Shown here one piece after another: positions 1 through 12,100 of a DNA stretch of 64,000 nt. Within the stretch, counting starts at the first letter, position 1, and the number at the start of each line of letters is the position of its first letter. The DNA lies in the IMG/VR virus record IMGVR_UViG_3300049043_000112, positions 124,001 through 188,000 of that record. One strand, 5' to 3'. The position numbers and the translations under genes are program-made. Under the pieces are notes generated by a model. That model did no database searches and was not told where the DNA came from. It worked only from the letters and a program-made list of their open reading frames with translations.

Positions 1-1743
1 GATTGTATGAGGCAATATTGAAGATTCGGAGATAATTCAAAGGTTTTTTCTGGAATAACATAACTTGTATCACCACTAATATCTCCACCAGTCAGTGCAG
101 TATATCTTAATTCAAGATATGATAAACTTGTATTTGTAAACTTTGGCATTGCACCAGTTAATGGTGATGCATAGAAATACAAAGTACTTAGTGAACTGCA
201 ACCATTAAACTTATAAACATTACTGCCAGTAAAAATACTTCCAATATTTCTACAATAATAACCATAAAATGTAGTTAGAGATGTTCTAGTACTTAAATCG
301 GGGCATGGTAATCCAGTGCTGTGAATGCTAACATATTGAATTTTAGTGTTAGATGAAGAGATACTAAAAGTTGGATCAGTCAGATAATAATTTCCACCTA
401 AATCTAAAGAAACTAGATTTGTAAGGTCTTTTAAATTATAATTACTGCCACTTGTTGTTCCGAATGCTCTAAAATCATTTCCATAAACATTATAAGTTTC
501 GCAGGTATTTGGAACATTTGGCAATGTACAATTAGCATCTGCATTATCTGGATGGAAATATGGTCCACTACTTCTAGATAAATTTAATGTGGTTAATGTT
601 GTAAATCGGTTGCTAATTAGATTTTCTGGAATTGAACCATAAAAAGTTCCACCAAGAGTTAAATTCTTAAGTCCTGTAGGTATTTTTGTAACAATGTTTG
701 AATTTAAACTTCTTTCAGTTGCAGTTTCACTTAAGTATAATGGATTTTGATTTAAAAATAAGTTTTGTATACTAGGAGCAACGAAAGTAAAATCTGGAAA
801 ATTAACAAGACTATTACTTGCAAGATTAAAACTAGTTAAATTCTGAAACTTAACTGCAGGTATACTTGAAATATTTGCAGAATTAATTGTTACAGATGAA
901 ATATTATCAGGATTATAATAATACTGAATATATCTTTCTTTTGAAACTGCAGAACGATAACGAATTGTTGTACCTTGATTTGGAAATCTTGTAAATGAAT
1001 TTGCGTTATCAGTATCTACAATTTTCCAACTTGCTGGAGTATTATTAATTAAAGAAGTAAGTTGAATATTTGCATCTAGGTTTCTAAAGAATCCTGTAAA
1101 TACGACAGGAATTCCTTTCATTGCATAAAGAGATATTGTTCTTCCATCAATATTACACATTATTTTATGTGTAGGAAATTCTGAAGCAAACTCTTTTGCT
1201 TGTGGTGTAAGTGTTGTTTGTAGTCTTGGACCACTTACACTTGGAGATTGTGTTCCAAACTGCAATAGTCCACCAGTAATAATTCCAACTCTTGCACCAT
1301 AAGAAATTGGTGAAGTGTCTAATACTGGAGAGGCACTTGAACTCCAAGCACTGACTCTTGATGTTGAAATGTCTGCGATTTTAACTGTAGCAGAAGGTCC
1401 AGTTCCATCAAGATAACGATAACGAATTGCATTACCACTTAATGCACCGTTTAAAGTTATGTTTCCAAATAAAGTTCTATTGGTTCCTGATTTTGAGTCT
1501 AAAATTGAAGAATATAACTGCGAGTCATAATAATAACAATCTAAAGTCTTATAAAGAGGATTTGATAATCTAGACAGACTAATCCAGTCACCTCTTGTTG
1601 CACCAGCATTTTGCGATCCTCTGATGATATCAAGAATCAAGTGGTGGAAGATTTAATGAATAAAGAGATGTTGTTCTATCTTGAACATCAGAAAGAAAAC
1701 TAGTAACGTTTAAACCAAATAACTTCGGATTGGAAAGTGCCAT
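1..1743 (-). CDS. Leucine-rich-repeat-containing putative virion protein (3' end outside window; one indel near 1635)
   Basis: ATG at 1743 (MALSNPKLFGLNV...). After one frameshift near 1635 the frame reads open to the window edge, with LRR-like units (LTSFNLASNSLVNFPDF, IQKLFLNQNPL, LTTLNLSRSS, LVSLDLGGNYYL). Absent from the ORF track because its stop codon lies outside the window. Confidence 0.7.
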
Positions 1744-1744
1744 A

Positions 1745-2257
1745 CTAGATGGTCCTCATAATAAATGCAAGCGCATAGTATGGTGGACGGTTCTCGTGGT
1801 AATCATCTGCACCTGCTGAATTTGTAGAGTCTGGACCAATATCATTAGTTGTTGCAAGTGCATAACGACCACTTTGACTATTAACGTTATTGTTACCAGA
1901 ATATCTTGAAAGTTGGTGCGTGTGTGATGGCATCTCAGCAGTTGTTAGTTGGTGTGCAGTCTCGCCACCAGTGTTTCCAGGTGCATATGCTCCACTTACA
2001 GCACCAGTATCGGCATTAAATGTGACTCCAGTTCCAGCATCACTACCAGCACCAACGATAAAACGACTTCTTAAGTCTGGTGTTCCACTAGAACCATTAC
2101 AAAGTGCCCATCCTGTTGGAATAGTTGCAATGGTACCAGACCACATAATAATACCACCAATAGGAATTGTTCCATTCCCTACTAATCCGTCAGAATCAGT
2201 TAATTCCTGTATCTGATTCGCAGCAGCATTAACAATTAGAGGTCTACGAGTTGCCAT
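1745..2257 (-). CDS. Phage tail collar domain protein (short fibre / baseplate connector-like)
   Basis: PIGGIIMWSG...IPTGWALCNG...TPDLRSRFIVGAG, GGETAHQLTTAEMPSHTH and ENRPPYYALAFIM are typical tail-collar motifs. Confidence 0.85.
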   Translation of the reverse strand: MATRRPLIVNAAANQIQELTDSDGLVGNGTIPIGGIIMWSGTIATIPTGWALCNGSSGTPDLRSRFIVGAGSDAGTGVTFNADTGAVSGAYAPGNTGGETAHQLTTAEMPSHTHQLSRYSGNNNVNSQSGRYALATTNDIGPDSTNSAGADDYHENRPPYYALAFIMRTI

Positions 2258-2281
2258 TATAATTTCTTTTTTCTTTATTTA

Positions 2282-5200
2282 TTATTGTTCTTTGAAGTTA
2301 AGGCTAACTTCAACAGTTCCACTTCCACCAGCATCAAGTTTTTTAGCAGTAATAAAGGTTGCTTCAAGATTGTTATTGTCTGGTGTAATAACTCGTTTCT
2401 CTGGTCCAAATATTTTTTTCATATCAATAGTTTCAGTAGAATTTGCACCAATATAAAGAGTGTCTCTTTCTGTATAGGTTCTTAAACTTTGTTCATTCTG
2501 AACATCAATCAAAGCAGATGATAATCTAGAAATTTCTTCAAAGTTAGTTGGTGGAACGCCAGTTGTGTCTGCATTTCCACTCGCGTTTGTAATTTCTATT
2601 GCATCGCCAAGAATATACCACTTAGGACTTACAGTTCTTTGGAAATCACCAATTGTTTCTTTAACACTAATATTATTAATTTGTGAATAATCTCTTAGTT
2701 TTGCAACTAAGTAAAGTGGATATGGATTGTAATTATAAAGTTTGGTTGAATTGATCGAACCTTCCGCTGTAATATTAATAGGTCTAATTAGAATTGTGAA
2801 GTTAGACCCTGCGCTTAAAGTTTGATCAATCTCGATATAAGAATATGTATCTCCACCAGAACTATAACTACTTGTAACACCAACAAATCTTGAATTTGTT
2901 ATGTTGACAGTTCCACCCGTTTGCAGAATTGCAATCTGCCCGCCATTGTAATCAATTGCTGGAAATGTTCCTTGAATTTGAACATAAAGATTTCCATCTG
3001 GAAGACCTGTTTTTGGATTTACATTATATTCATTTACATTTGGAATTTGCAATGGATCTTGAACATTAATAGTTGCTTTTGAACACACACCACCTGCAGG
3101 ATTTGCAAGTGTTGGAATACGATAATCAATACCCATACGAATAGATGGTTGTAGTGGAGCCCATCCTTCGGCACGTTCTACACCTTCTTCATTGGAAACG
3201 GTATAACTATGAGTGTGTTCACCATAAAGAATATCACTATTTGGTAACACTGTTGTTGTGCCAACTCCAGGAATAACAAATCCATTTAAAGTATTTGGAA
3301 GACTTGTATCTGGTTGCTTATCAGTGATTCCAATTAGAAAATCTGCAAAGTGACTATAACTATCACCAGCACCAGGATTTACAAACTGCAATTCAATTCT
3401 AGAACCAGTAAATCCAAAATCTGATGCTGCATAACAATCATAATTACTTAATCTAATCTGGTGTGGATATGTAACACCAATTCCAATTGTTGTTGTAATT
3501 CCAAGAACTTGGTCATAAACTAAATTATCAGAAGATGCAATATTACGGTTCGTTAAAGAAAAACTAGACAATCCTCCGAATCCTTTAATAGTTGCAGTTT
3601 GTGTATTCACATTGACGCTTGTAATATAAGCGTTATAAATCGATGGTGCGATAATCTTAGCACCAACATCATCAGCAGTAAAAGAACTTACACCAACAGT
3701 TGTGATTGTATTTGCATCACTAAACTGAATATCAAGATATCTTCCACTTTCTGTTTTTGCAATTCCAGGAGTATAAACGTGACCAAATCCAGGGCAGGCA
3801 GTACAAGTTACAACTTTAACTTCTGTTAATGAATCTGAAGATATATTTAATTCTGTAGGAATAATCAGTTTTTTGTTTTGAATTGGAACTCCATCACGAT
3901 TTAAGATAAAATCTTTTGGTGTAATTCCAAGAAGTGATTTAATTTTTGAAGAACTAATTGTTCTTTGCTTAGAACTTGCCGAATAAATTTGTGACGTTCC
4001 TTCATCACCACCATCAATATAATATGAAGCACCATACTTATAGATGTATTGTGGTGTTCTAACGTCTCCAGTATTTGCAATGTTCAGCGCATACTTAAAT
4101 CTAAAGTAAGAGTCTTGTAAACAAGGAGACCCTAAGGAGTTTTCAATCACTAAAGTATGAATAACTACCCATCGAGCATCGCCATTATCGGTTGGAATAT
4201 AGGCATAGAATCTTGCACCGATTGCACCATACCAACCAAATTCAATCTTATACATTGTAACTTTTTCTGGATTCAACAGATATCCAGAAGGTCCATTTGA
4301 ATTTAATGGATCTCCATTGAACTTATCTCTTGGAATTTGAATTGTCCAATACAATTCATCATCGAAAGGATCACCACTTTCAATACGTGTTTGATCTGCA
4401 AGAGTTAATCCACTTCTTTCTAAAGCACTTCGTTCTAAAGGAATTGTACTTCTACGAACAATATAAAATTGTCCAGCATCAATTCTAAACACATATTGAT
4501 CTGTTGGATTTGAAATACCCCATTCTAAAGTAATACCAGTTACAGGTTCAGTAGATGATCTTAAACCAAATGTAAATCCACTTATTCTACCAGGTTGATA
4601 TCTAAAAACTCTTCTTGATTGTAAGTAAGCATATCTTTGGTCTGAATCAGAATATCCTGGTCGTGTTGTTGTAGAATCTACATAATAATTTAAAAGTAAA
4701 ATAATTTTAGTGAATGTAAATGGATTTCCAGTTACAGGATCAATTAAAATACTATCTTTAATGTCTCTCCAAGTATCAGTCCAGGTATCAATTTGTCTAA
4801 ATGCAGCCGTAATTCCTGCAACATAATTGATATCACCAGATTCGACATAAGCAAAGCTAGGAGATAAGAATTTATCTTTCCAATCAGAAGGATAAGAAGT
4901 TCCTCCAGGACCATTAAAATAATTATACAAATTGTTTCCTAGTTGAATAAAGTTAACATACTGACTAAAAAGTGTGTTATTATAAAGCCCTAGTCTTTCA
5001 AACTTTGGTCCAAATGGAAATGAATATGGAGTAGGAAACGCAGTAATTTTAATTGCAGATTCTTGTGTCTCTTCCGTTCTTGTTGCATCATAACGATTTC
5101 CATAAACTTCATTTCCTCTATTATCCCAGGATCCAAAACTAGTTCCTTCACTAAAAGAATAAAATTCAAATTCATCAGGATCTAGTCCATATGATGAAAC

Positions 5201-5939
5201 ATTAGAAAATAATGCTAGTTGAACTTCAGCACGATTAACACCAAGTAATGTTGTACTAACTTCACTAGATTCTTTAAATTGTTCTTCAATTTTCCAAACA
5301 ACATCTGACTTTCTTGTTGTCTCTACTGCTCTTTTAATTAAAACTTGAGAAGATTGGACACTTGCCGATGAAATATTATTTGATAAGAATGCTTCATAGG
5401 TATTACCGAGACCAACAATTCTAGAAATGAATGTTCCATCAGGAATATCTGGACCATCAACTTGGTCTCCTACTTGTATACCCAAGTTTGATATTGAACT
5501 ATCAAAATAAATTTTATTTCCCTGTAAGCTAACTTTATCAACAACTCTAACTTCCAAATATGGATATTGTGCAAGTGTGACGGCAACACCAACTACATCC
5601 GCAACTGTGGTCCCAAACCCTACTGTACCGCCGCCAGTTGTACCAACACCTGTAGAAACATCAACATCCAAATCACCATATACTGCAGTTACAATACCAA
5701 TTTGTTGAAACTGAAGTCGATTATAAGCAGCATCACGATCATTAAAAACAATAGAAGTCGAATCTCTTTTTACTTGCGTCTAAAGTATAAAAAGTATCAA
5801 CTTCCGTAATGAGAGGGTTGCCAAATTCGTCAGTTAAAAGTTCTCCATTTGAAATATTATATAAATTTTGTTCACTAGCGGGGACAATTGAAACCCGACG
5901 TTTATCATCCCCAAACTTTATATCTTTCCCCCCTGCCAT
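2282..5939 (-). CDS. Large virion structural protein (indel near 5760 joins ORFs 5742-5939 and 2282-5671); paralog of 5943-9131
   Basis: Shares FRYQPGRIS.FTFG, KVTMYKIEF.WYGA.GA and KYGASYYIDGGD.GT blocks with the neighbouring gene; frame is continuous if one base is removed near 5760. Confidence 0.75.
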
Positions 5940-5942
5940 AAA

Positions 5943-8900
5943 TCACTGCTCCTCCCAGGTAATACTTGCAGAAATATCCGCTGCTGATGCTCCGCTATTG
6001 TATGTTGTTTGTGATGAAGCACATAGATATAAACTATCTACTTTATTTGTGAGAGGGAAAGAAAGATACTCTTTGTTGTAATCAAAGTATGGTGATAAAT
6101 CATACTGTGCTCCAGATGCAGGTATGAAAATACTTGCCACAACAGTACCAGTTCCAGGAATTGGACTTCTTACTTGAGGATTAACTTTAATTGAAGATAA
6201 TGCTGCAAGAGTAAATTCGGTTGTAATGCCAGAAACTCCATTTCCAGTTGGATCACTATTTTCTTCTTTCAGGAAACTATTTGTGGTCGTCAGAACAATA
6301 TTATCAGATGTTGAATTCAGGGCATAGAAATAATAACCACTAACTGTTCCTCTATTTTCAAGGTAACCTAAAACTGAAATTGGTTTTTGAGTTACATCAT
6401 TCTGATAATATCCTCTAAAGTATCCATAAACTCCAGTATTATCTGAGAGATAAGATGAATTACTTACACCAACCTGTGTTGGATTTCCAGTCTTTCCAAT
6501 ATTTGCACTTGCAGAAAGAGAAAGAGTTCCTGTTGTTGAAGCAGTTGTTTGGAAAATAGGAGTTTTTAGGAGATTTAATTTAACAACTCCAGTAGATCCA
6601 GAAGAAAGACGAGTTGGATAAACTTGAGTTCTATTTCTTACATTTCTTCCAGTGCTGCTTTGAATAAAATCTCTACACTTCAGACCAATCAATGGAGTAA
6701 GTCTATCTGGAATTACTGTAATTGTAGATAATGATGTTGTATTCAATGGAGCATTCAGATAAAGTCTTCTATTCGTTGTATCTACAAAATTAACTTGAAT
6801 ATTTTGGTCTAAGGGATTTGAAGTAACAACTTTGGCACCAACATAGAAAGATGTTGAAAGTCCTGCAGATGTTCCAGCAGTGATATATGGATCTGATGTG
6901 GAAACTCCTGCATTTGTAAGTACAACTTCTGTTCCACCAGCACCGACAGTGTATAGTCTCTTTGAACCATAAACACTTAGAGTTGATGGAGTTGAATAAC
7001 TAAAGAGTTTTACAGTTCCTCTATCTCCACCATCAATATAGTATGAAGCACCATACTTAACAATATGTTCAGAGGATGAACCATAAGAGAACGTAGATGC
7101 AAGTCTCTTATTGTTCGCATATCCAAAACGATTTGCTCCACCACCACCATAAACAAGATAAGTAATTGGAAGAGTAGCATTTCCAAGAGATGAAACTTTC
7201 AGTTGATTAGATGCTCTAAGGTGATGAACTCTTACCCATCTTGCTTCACCATTGCTTACAGGAACATAAGCAAGGAATAGAGCACCAACAGCACCATACC
7301 AGGAGAATTCAATCTTATACATTGTAACCTTGGTTAGGTCAATGTCCCAGATGCTGGTATCAGTTAATATTTCTCCTGTATCAGGATCAACTACAGGTTC
7401 CCCTGCCCTCTTATCACTTACAACATCACTATAAAGTAGGTCTTCAGTCTCTCCATCAAGACAATCACCACTAAATCTAAATCTTGGAATACGATATTCA
7501 TAAACGTTCCAGTATTCTTTCTTTACGTTTTGATTAACCCACTTATCATAATAAGTATTAACTGCATCAATTTGATCTTTAAGAGTTGATGTATCAGAAA
7601 CTCCGAGAGAAGTGTCAACATATCCTTCATTGTTTCCATCACCATCTTCATACAGATATGGAAACATTCCAGTTGGTTTAACTGTAGTATATTTCGTTCT
7701 CGATGCATTAATCAGAGCACCACTCGTTGGTTGTACAAAAGGAACTGGAGTAATTAAAACGTGTGATGAAATTCCAGTAACATTTGTAATTCCAGTTAAG
7801 GAACTTCCATCTAAATTATTCAGTGTCAGTGTTCCTCTACCAGTCGAACTATTGACAGAAACAGATGCGAGTCTATAAATCTTAGTATCTGTAAATCCAG
7901 TAATGACTCCAACATTTGTCCCTTTGGAGTATGATACGTATTGCCCAGTGGAAAGACCAACTGCCATTCCACCAGATTGATAATAAGTAGGAACCGTCGA
8001 AATACCAATATTAACGGTAAATGAAGTGCTTGAATTAACTTGTAGAACATTATATCCAAAAGTTCTATTTGGATAATATTTTGGAGTAACTGGATCAAGA
8101 TAACAAGTCATCCCAATGCCACTTAGAGTTACATACTTACCAGCATCAAAACCGTGAGCAGCAGAGGTCGTAATGACCATTAAACCTGTGCTTATATCAT
8201 ACGTTGCATTTGTAATGGTTTTACCAAGACCAGCAACTGAAATCGTATTTCCACCAGTAACTGATGTAATTCCAACTTGTGATTCACTTTGAAGTAGTGA
8301 TGGATCATAAACTGCTGCATGAGTCATCAGCAGATTATCTCTTAAAATTACAAGGTCACCAAACTTTTTAGGTGTTGCTACTGGATTTTGAAGCGCAGTT
8401 GAATTACTTTGTGACTCTGAACCTCTTGCCGACAGGGGATTTAAAGGATTCGTTCTTCCATAGTCTTGAGTTTGCTGACCTGCGCCAGTTCCAAATGTAA
8501 GAGGGTTTTCATAAATGATGGATTGTGTTCTTCTTACAACACTAAAGTTATCTCCTGTTCCATCATTTCTAGATTCCCAATAATATCCATCATAGTTATC
8601 AAAAATACCATACTTACGAACCGCAGGGTTTTGGACTGATGCACCATCATCATTGATTAGAGATGTTTTAACACCAAAAGTCGCTGCTGATACACGTCCT
8701 GGTTGGTATCTAAAGAATCTCTTTGATGTTAGGATGGCAGTTCTATCTGCTGGACCTTCAATCAGTGCTCCAGACTCTTCAGGGACGTGAGTTAGACCCC
8801 ATCCCATCGTTTGACCCACACCAGAATAAACACCAGTTCCAGCGACTGTGGAGTATTGTTCAGGAGATGGTGACCATTCTGTAGGGTTTACATCATAAGT

Positions 8901-9131
8901 GTTTACGTCAGCAAAGATACCAAGAGCAACTTCGGAACGAGGAATACCAAGAAGAGAGAGTGCAACTTCGGATTGAACCTTATTTTGTTCAGCAACTGGA
9001 ATTGTTGTTTGGTCACTTGCAATAACAACAGGAATAGACTTTTCAGACGTTTGCTGACCAGGAGGTACAGGAGCAGTTCTACCTACAACAACAACTGCTG
9101 CGTTATTATTGACGTTAGTATTATCTGGCAT
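5943..9131 (-). CDS. Large virion structural protein
   Basis: 1062-aa ORF, Gly/Thr/Ser-rich, paralogous blocks with 2282-5939. Confidence 0.8.
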   Translation of the reverse strand: MPDNTNVNNNAAVVVVGRTAPVPPGQQTSEKSIPVVIASDQTTIPVAEQNKVQSEVALSLLGIPRSEVALGIFADVNTYDVNPTEWSPSPEQYSTVAGTGVYSGVGQTMGWGLTHVPEESGALIEGPADRTAILTSKRFFRYQPGRVSAATFGVKTSLINDDGASVQNPAVRKYGIFDNYDGYYWESRNDGTGDNFSVVRRTQSIIYENPLTFGTGAGQQTQDYGRTNPLNPLSARGSESQSNSTALQNPVATPKKFGDLVILRDNLLMTHAAVYDPSLLQSESQVGITSVTGGNTISVAGLGKTITNATYDISTGLMVITTSAAHGFDAGKYVTLSGIGMTCYLDPVTPKYYPNRTFGYNVLQVNSSTSFTVNIGISTVPTYYQSGGMAVGLSTGQYVSYSKGTNVGVITGFTDTKIYRLASVSVNSSTGRGTLTLNNLDGSSLTGITNVTGISSHVLITPVPFVQPTSGALINASRTKYTTVKPTGMFPYLYEDGDGNNEGYVDTSLGVSDTSTLKDQIDAVNTYYDKWVNQNVKKEYWNVYEYRIPRFRFSGDCLDGETEDLLYSDVVSDKRAGEPVVDPDTGEILTDTSIWDIDLTKVTMYKIEFSWYGAVGALFLAYVPVSNGEARWVRVHHLRASNQLKVSSLGNATLPITYLVYGGGGANRFGYANNKRLASTFSYGSSSEHIVKYGASYYIDGGDRGTVKLFSYSTPSTLSVYGSKRLYTVGAGGTEVVLTNAGVSTSDPYITAGTSAGLSTSFYVGAKVVTSNPLDQNIQVNFVDTTNRRLYLNAPLNTTSLSTITVIPDRLTPLIGLKCRDFIQSSTGRNVRNRTQVYPTRLSSGSTGVVKLNLLKTPIFQTTASTTGTLSLSASANIGKTGNPTQVGVSNSSYLSDNTGVYGYFRGYYQNDVTQKPISVLGYLENRGTVSGYYFYALNSTSDNIVLTTTNSFLKEENSDPTGNGVSGITTEFTLAALSSIKVNPQVRSPIPGTGTVVASIFIPASGAQYDLSPYFDYNKEYLSFPLTNKVDSLYLCASSQTTYNSGASAADISASITWEEQ

Positions 9132-9132
9132 T

Positions 9133-12100
9133 TTAAATAACTCCTACTCTTCCTTTAGCGATTGTAAAGATATTCCTTATAGATATATATCCAGTCTGCG
9201 CTCCGTTAGTTACTGAAGTTGTTGTAATTCCAGTGAGTCGGAGTCTCTTTGTTGTGGCACTAACATCAATCTTTTGAGCAACTGTAAATTCAACTGTGGA
9301 TAAGTCAGGTGATACTGAGTGATTTACTAGTTTTACAATGTCTCCTGTTGAGATTCCACTGAATTGAGTGTAATCATCAAGAGTTACTGTGTATTGTGTT
9401 GCACCAGCACCGATTGTATTCCACGTGCCAGTACCAATACCAATATATGTAGTAAATCCTGCTGGTTGAGTCAGAAACTCTTTGGCAATAATATCATAAC
9501 CAAGTGATGAAGTCAGTCCAAGAGTATTGGTTTGTGTTGATGTTAGACTGAGTTGAATGTATCCATTTTGTCTTCCAAAAGTTCCCGAATCAGGAGTTGT
9601 AATGTTAAAGTTTAGGAATCTTGTACCAAGAGTTTCATTTGTAGTTCCTTGACCAACAACTGTACCAATACCAGCAGAAGTAATTGATACTTTAGTGCTA
9701 CTAATGTCCTTAGCATCTCCATCTTCAACATAAAGAAGAACAGGACTATTAAATGTAACTCCTCTTTGAATTGTGAAGTTGACAGAATTATAATCACTAT
9801 CATAAATGTCTGGTGATGGAATCCATTCATCAGATGGTCCCAGAATAATATTATTTGTGGTTGTAATCTTACCAGAAGCATAAGTTCTAAGACCAGTTCC
9901 ACAGTTGCGAATAATGTTACCTCCAGTTGAAACAACTGAAGTTACAGACAGATCAACAGGTCCTGGATAATTTTCAAATAAACAATCATTAATTCTTAGT
10001 GTTTGTGATTGTTGAGCATTTAATGGTTGGAATGAAAATCTATCCGTAATACAACCGTCAACAAAAGATGAATCTTCGATTGAAAGTCTTCTAGAATCAT
10101 AAACATATAGTCCGTGACCAGAAGAATTACGGATTTCAATTCCTTTAATTAATGAAGAATTGATTTCTGGAAGATACATCAAGTAATTATCAAGATCTGA
10201 ATCGTATAGAATATTGTTTCCAGAGTTTCCATCAATTGTTAAATTAGAAATTGTAATATCAGATATACTTGTTGTTGCAATGCCAACTAGATTGCCATTG
10301 AAAGACATAGAGTTTCCACCACCGTCTGTCAGATCATTTGCAAAATATTGCATCTTAATTACAGTGTTCTTACCATTACCTCTTAACGTAAATCCAGATG
10401 GAATTGTAACGTTATTTGTTAGATAAGTTCCACTTGGAAGATCAAGATAATTTCCACCAGCAGCAGCAACAGATGCAACTGCCTGAGACAATGCATAAGT
10501 GTTATCATGAGCAACTTTGACTGCATTATCAGGGTTAATTCTATATTGACCATTCAGAGTGATAAAGCTTGCTCCTGACTCCAACAATTCTATCAATTGC
10601 CCATCCTCTTCTGCTTGTCGTTACACCAACGTTCGGGAAGTGAATTTGATTAGTTGTGTATTCGTTTGAAGTTCCTTTTGTTGACCACTCTGGTTGTTCA
10701 TAAACTCCATAATCTATCCAAGTAATTCCTGAAGTAGAAGAACTAAGTTCTTTTGGACCAAGAATTCCTACAAGTTTTGCATTGCTAATATTTGCAGTTC
10801 CACTTGTTCCAACACTATCCTGACGATAAACCAATATACCGTAGTTTGTATTGGTTCTAGCAAGTGTTAGTGTAATATTATTTAAATCGTTCCAATCTCC
10901 AATTGCAACCTGACCAATTCCTGCAAGTGGTGTAATTTGTGCTGCAGGACCTACTTTACCGTTTCTAAAGTGATACTGTGCAACCCAGTAGAAATAAGTA
11001 TAAGCAGTTGCTCCTGTTCCAACTTTTACAGCGTTACAAGATGCTGTAACAGGACTTTCAATTAAAGTGGTGTCACTAAAATCAGTTGCACCAAAAACTT
11101 TAACTCTTTGGTTAACTGCAAACTTAGCAGTAGAAATTCCACTAATCTGTAAACGATTGCTTACTGTAGAACCAATACCAGCATAAACTGTAGGATCATT
11201 GCTGACACCAAAGCTTCTAAGTTTATAAAGTTCTAATTCATGACTATCAGTTAATTCATAACCAGTTGCAGCATCATTAACTCTTAGAACACGATCTTGA
11301 GCAAAAGTTGGTTCATCTGTTGTAGGAAGATCACTGAGTTTAAAATTCTCGTAAGTTTTTGCACGAATTGATTCAGCAACATCAATGTTCTTTGCTCTGA
11401 CTTGCTTGTTAAAGGAGACTGGACCATCAAATTGTGATAAGACAGTTCCAGATGGTCCACCTTCTACCCAAAGTCTATTTCTAATCGTAACGTTATCAAA
11501 GATAACATTTACTGCTTCAGGATCTTCTCCAGTTTCAGTTGGTCTTGGAATATCAAATTTAGTCTTGCCGCTGAAGATTTCTCCAGCGTTATTCATACCA
11601 CTATAAACTACAATACCTGCAGAACGTTTTTGACCTTGTGCTAAGAGATTTTCATCTTCGTTAAGTGTCTTAAGTTGAACCTGAGGAAGACCTGTTGAGT
11701 AGTTACCAGGACCATATCCAAGATATTCAAATGTATGTCCAGAAGCACGAAGAATTGATGGTCTACGAAGTTCAATTGCTAATGGTTCAATCTTACGAAT
11801 TAGAGAGTTTGCATCATGACTTTCTTGACGAGTTCCAAGAGATCCACGAATTACAGTTGCAGTAGAATTATTGTTACTACTGATAACTCGCATAACTTCA
11901 TTATCAATTTGGATATAAGATCCAAGTGGAAGTCTTGCTGCAGTTCCAATTCCAGTGCTCTGAATACTAATTGACGTTCCAGTTGTAATTGCAGAACTTA
12001 AAGTAAACTTATCATTTCCATAGAAAGATACATGCCTAATTCCATAATTTTCTTGTGAACTATCTGACACACCTTCATTTGCAGATAATCCATGCTTCAT

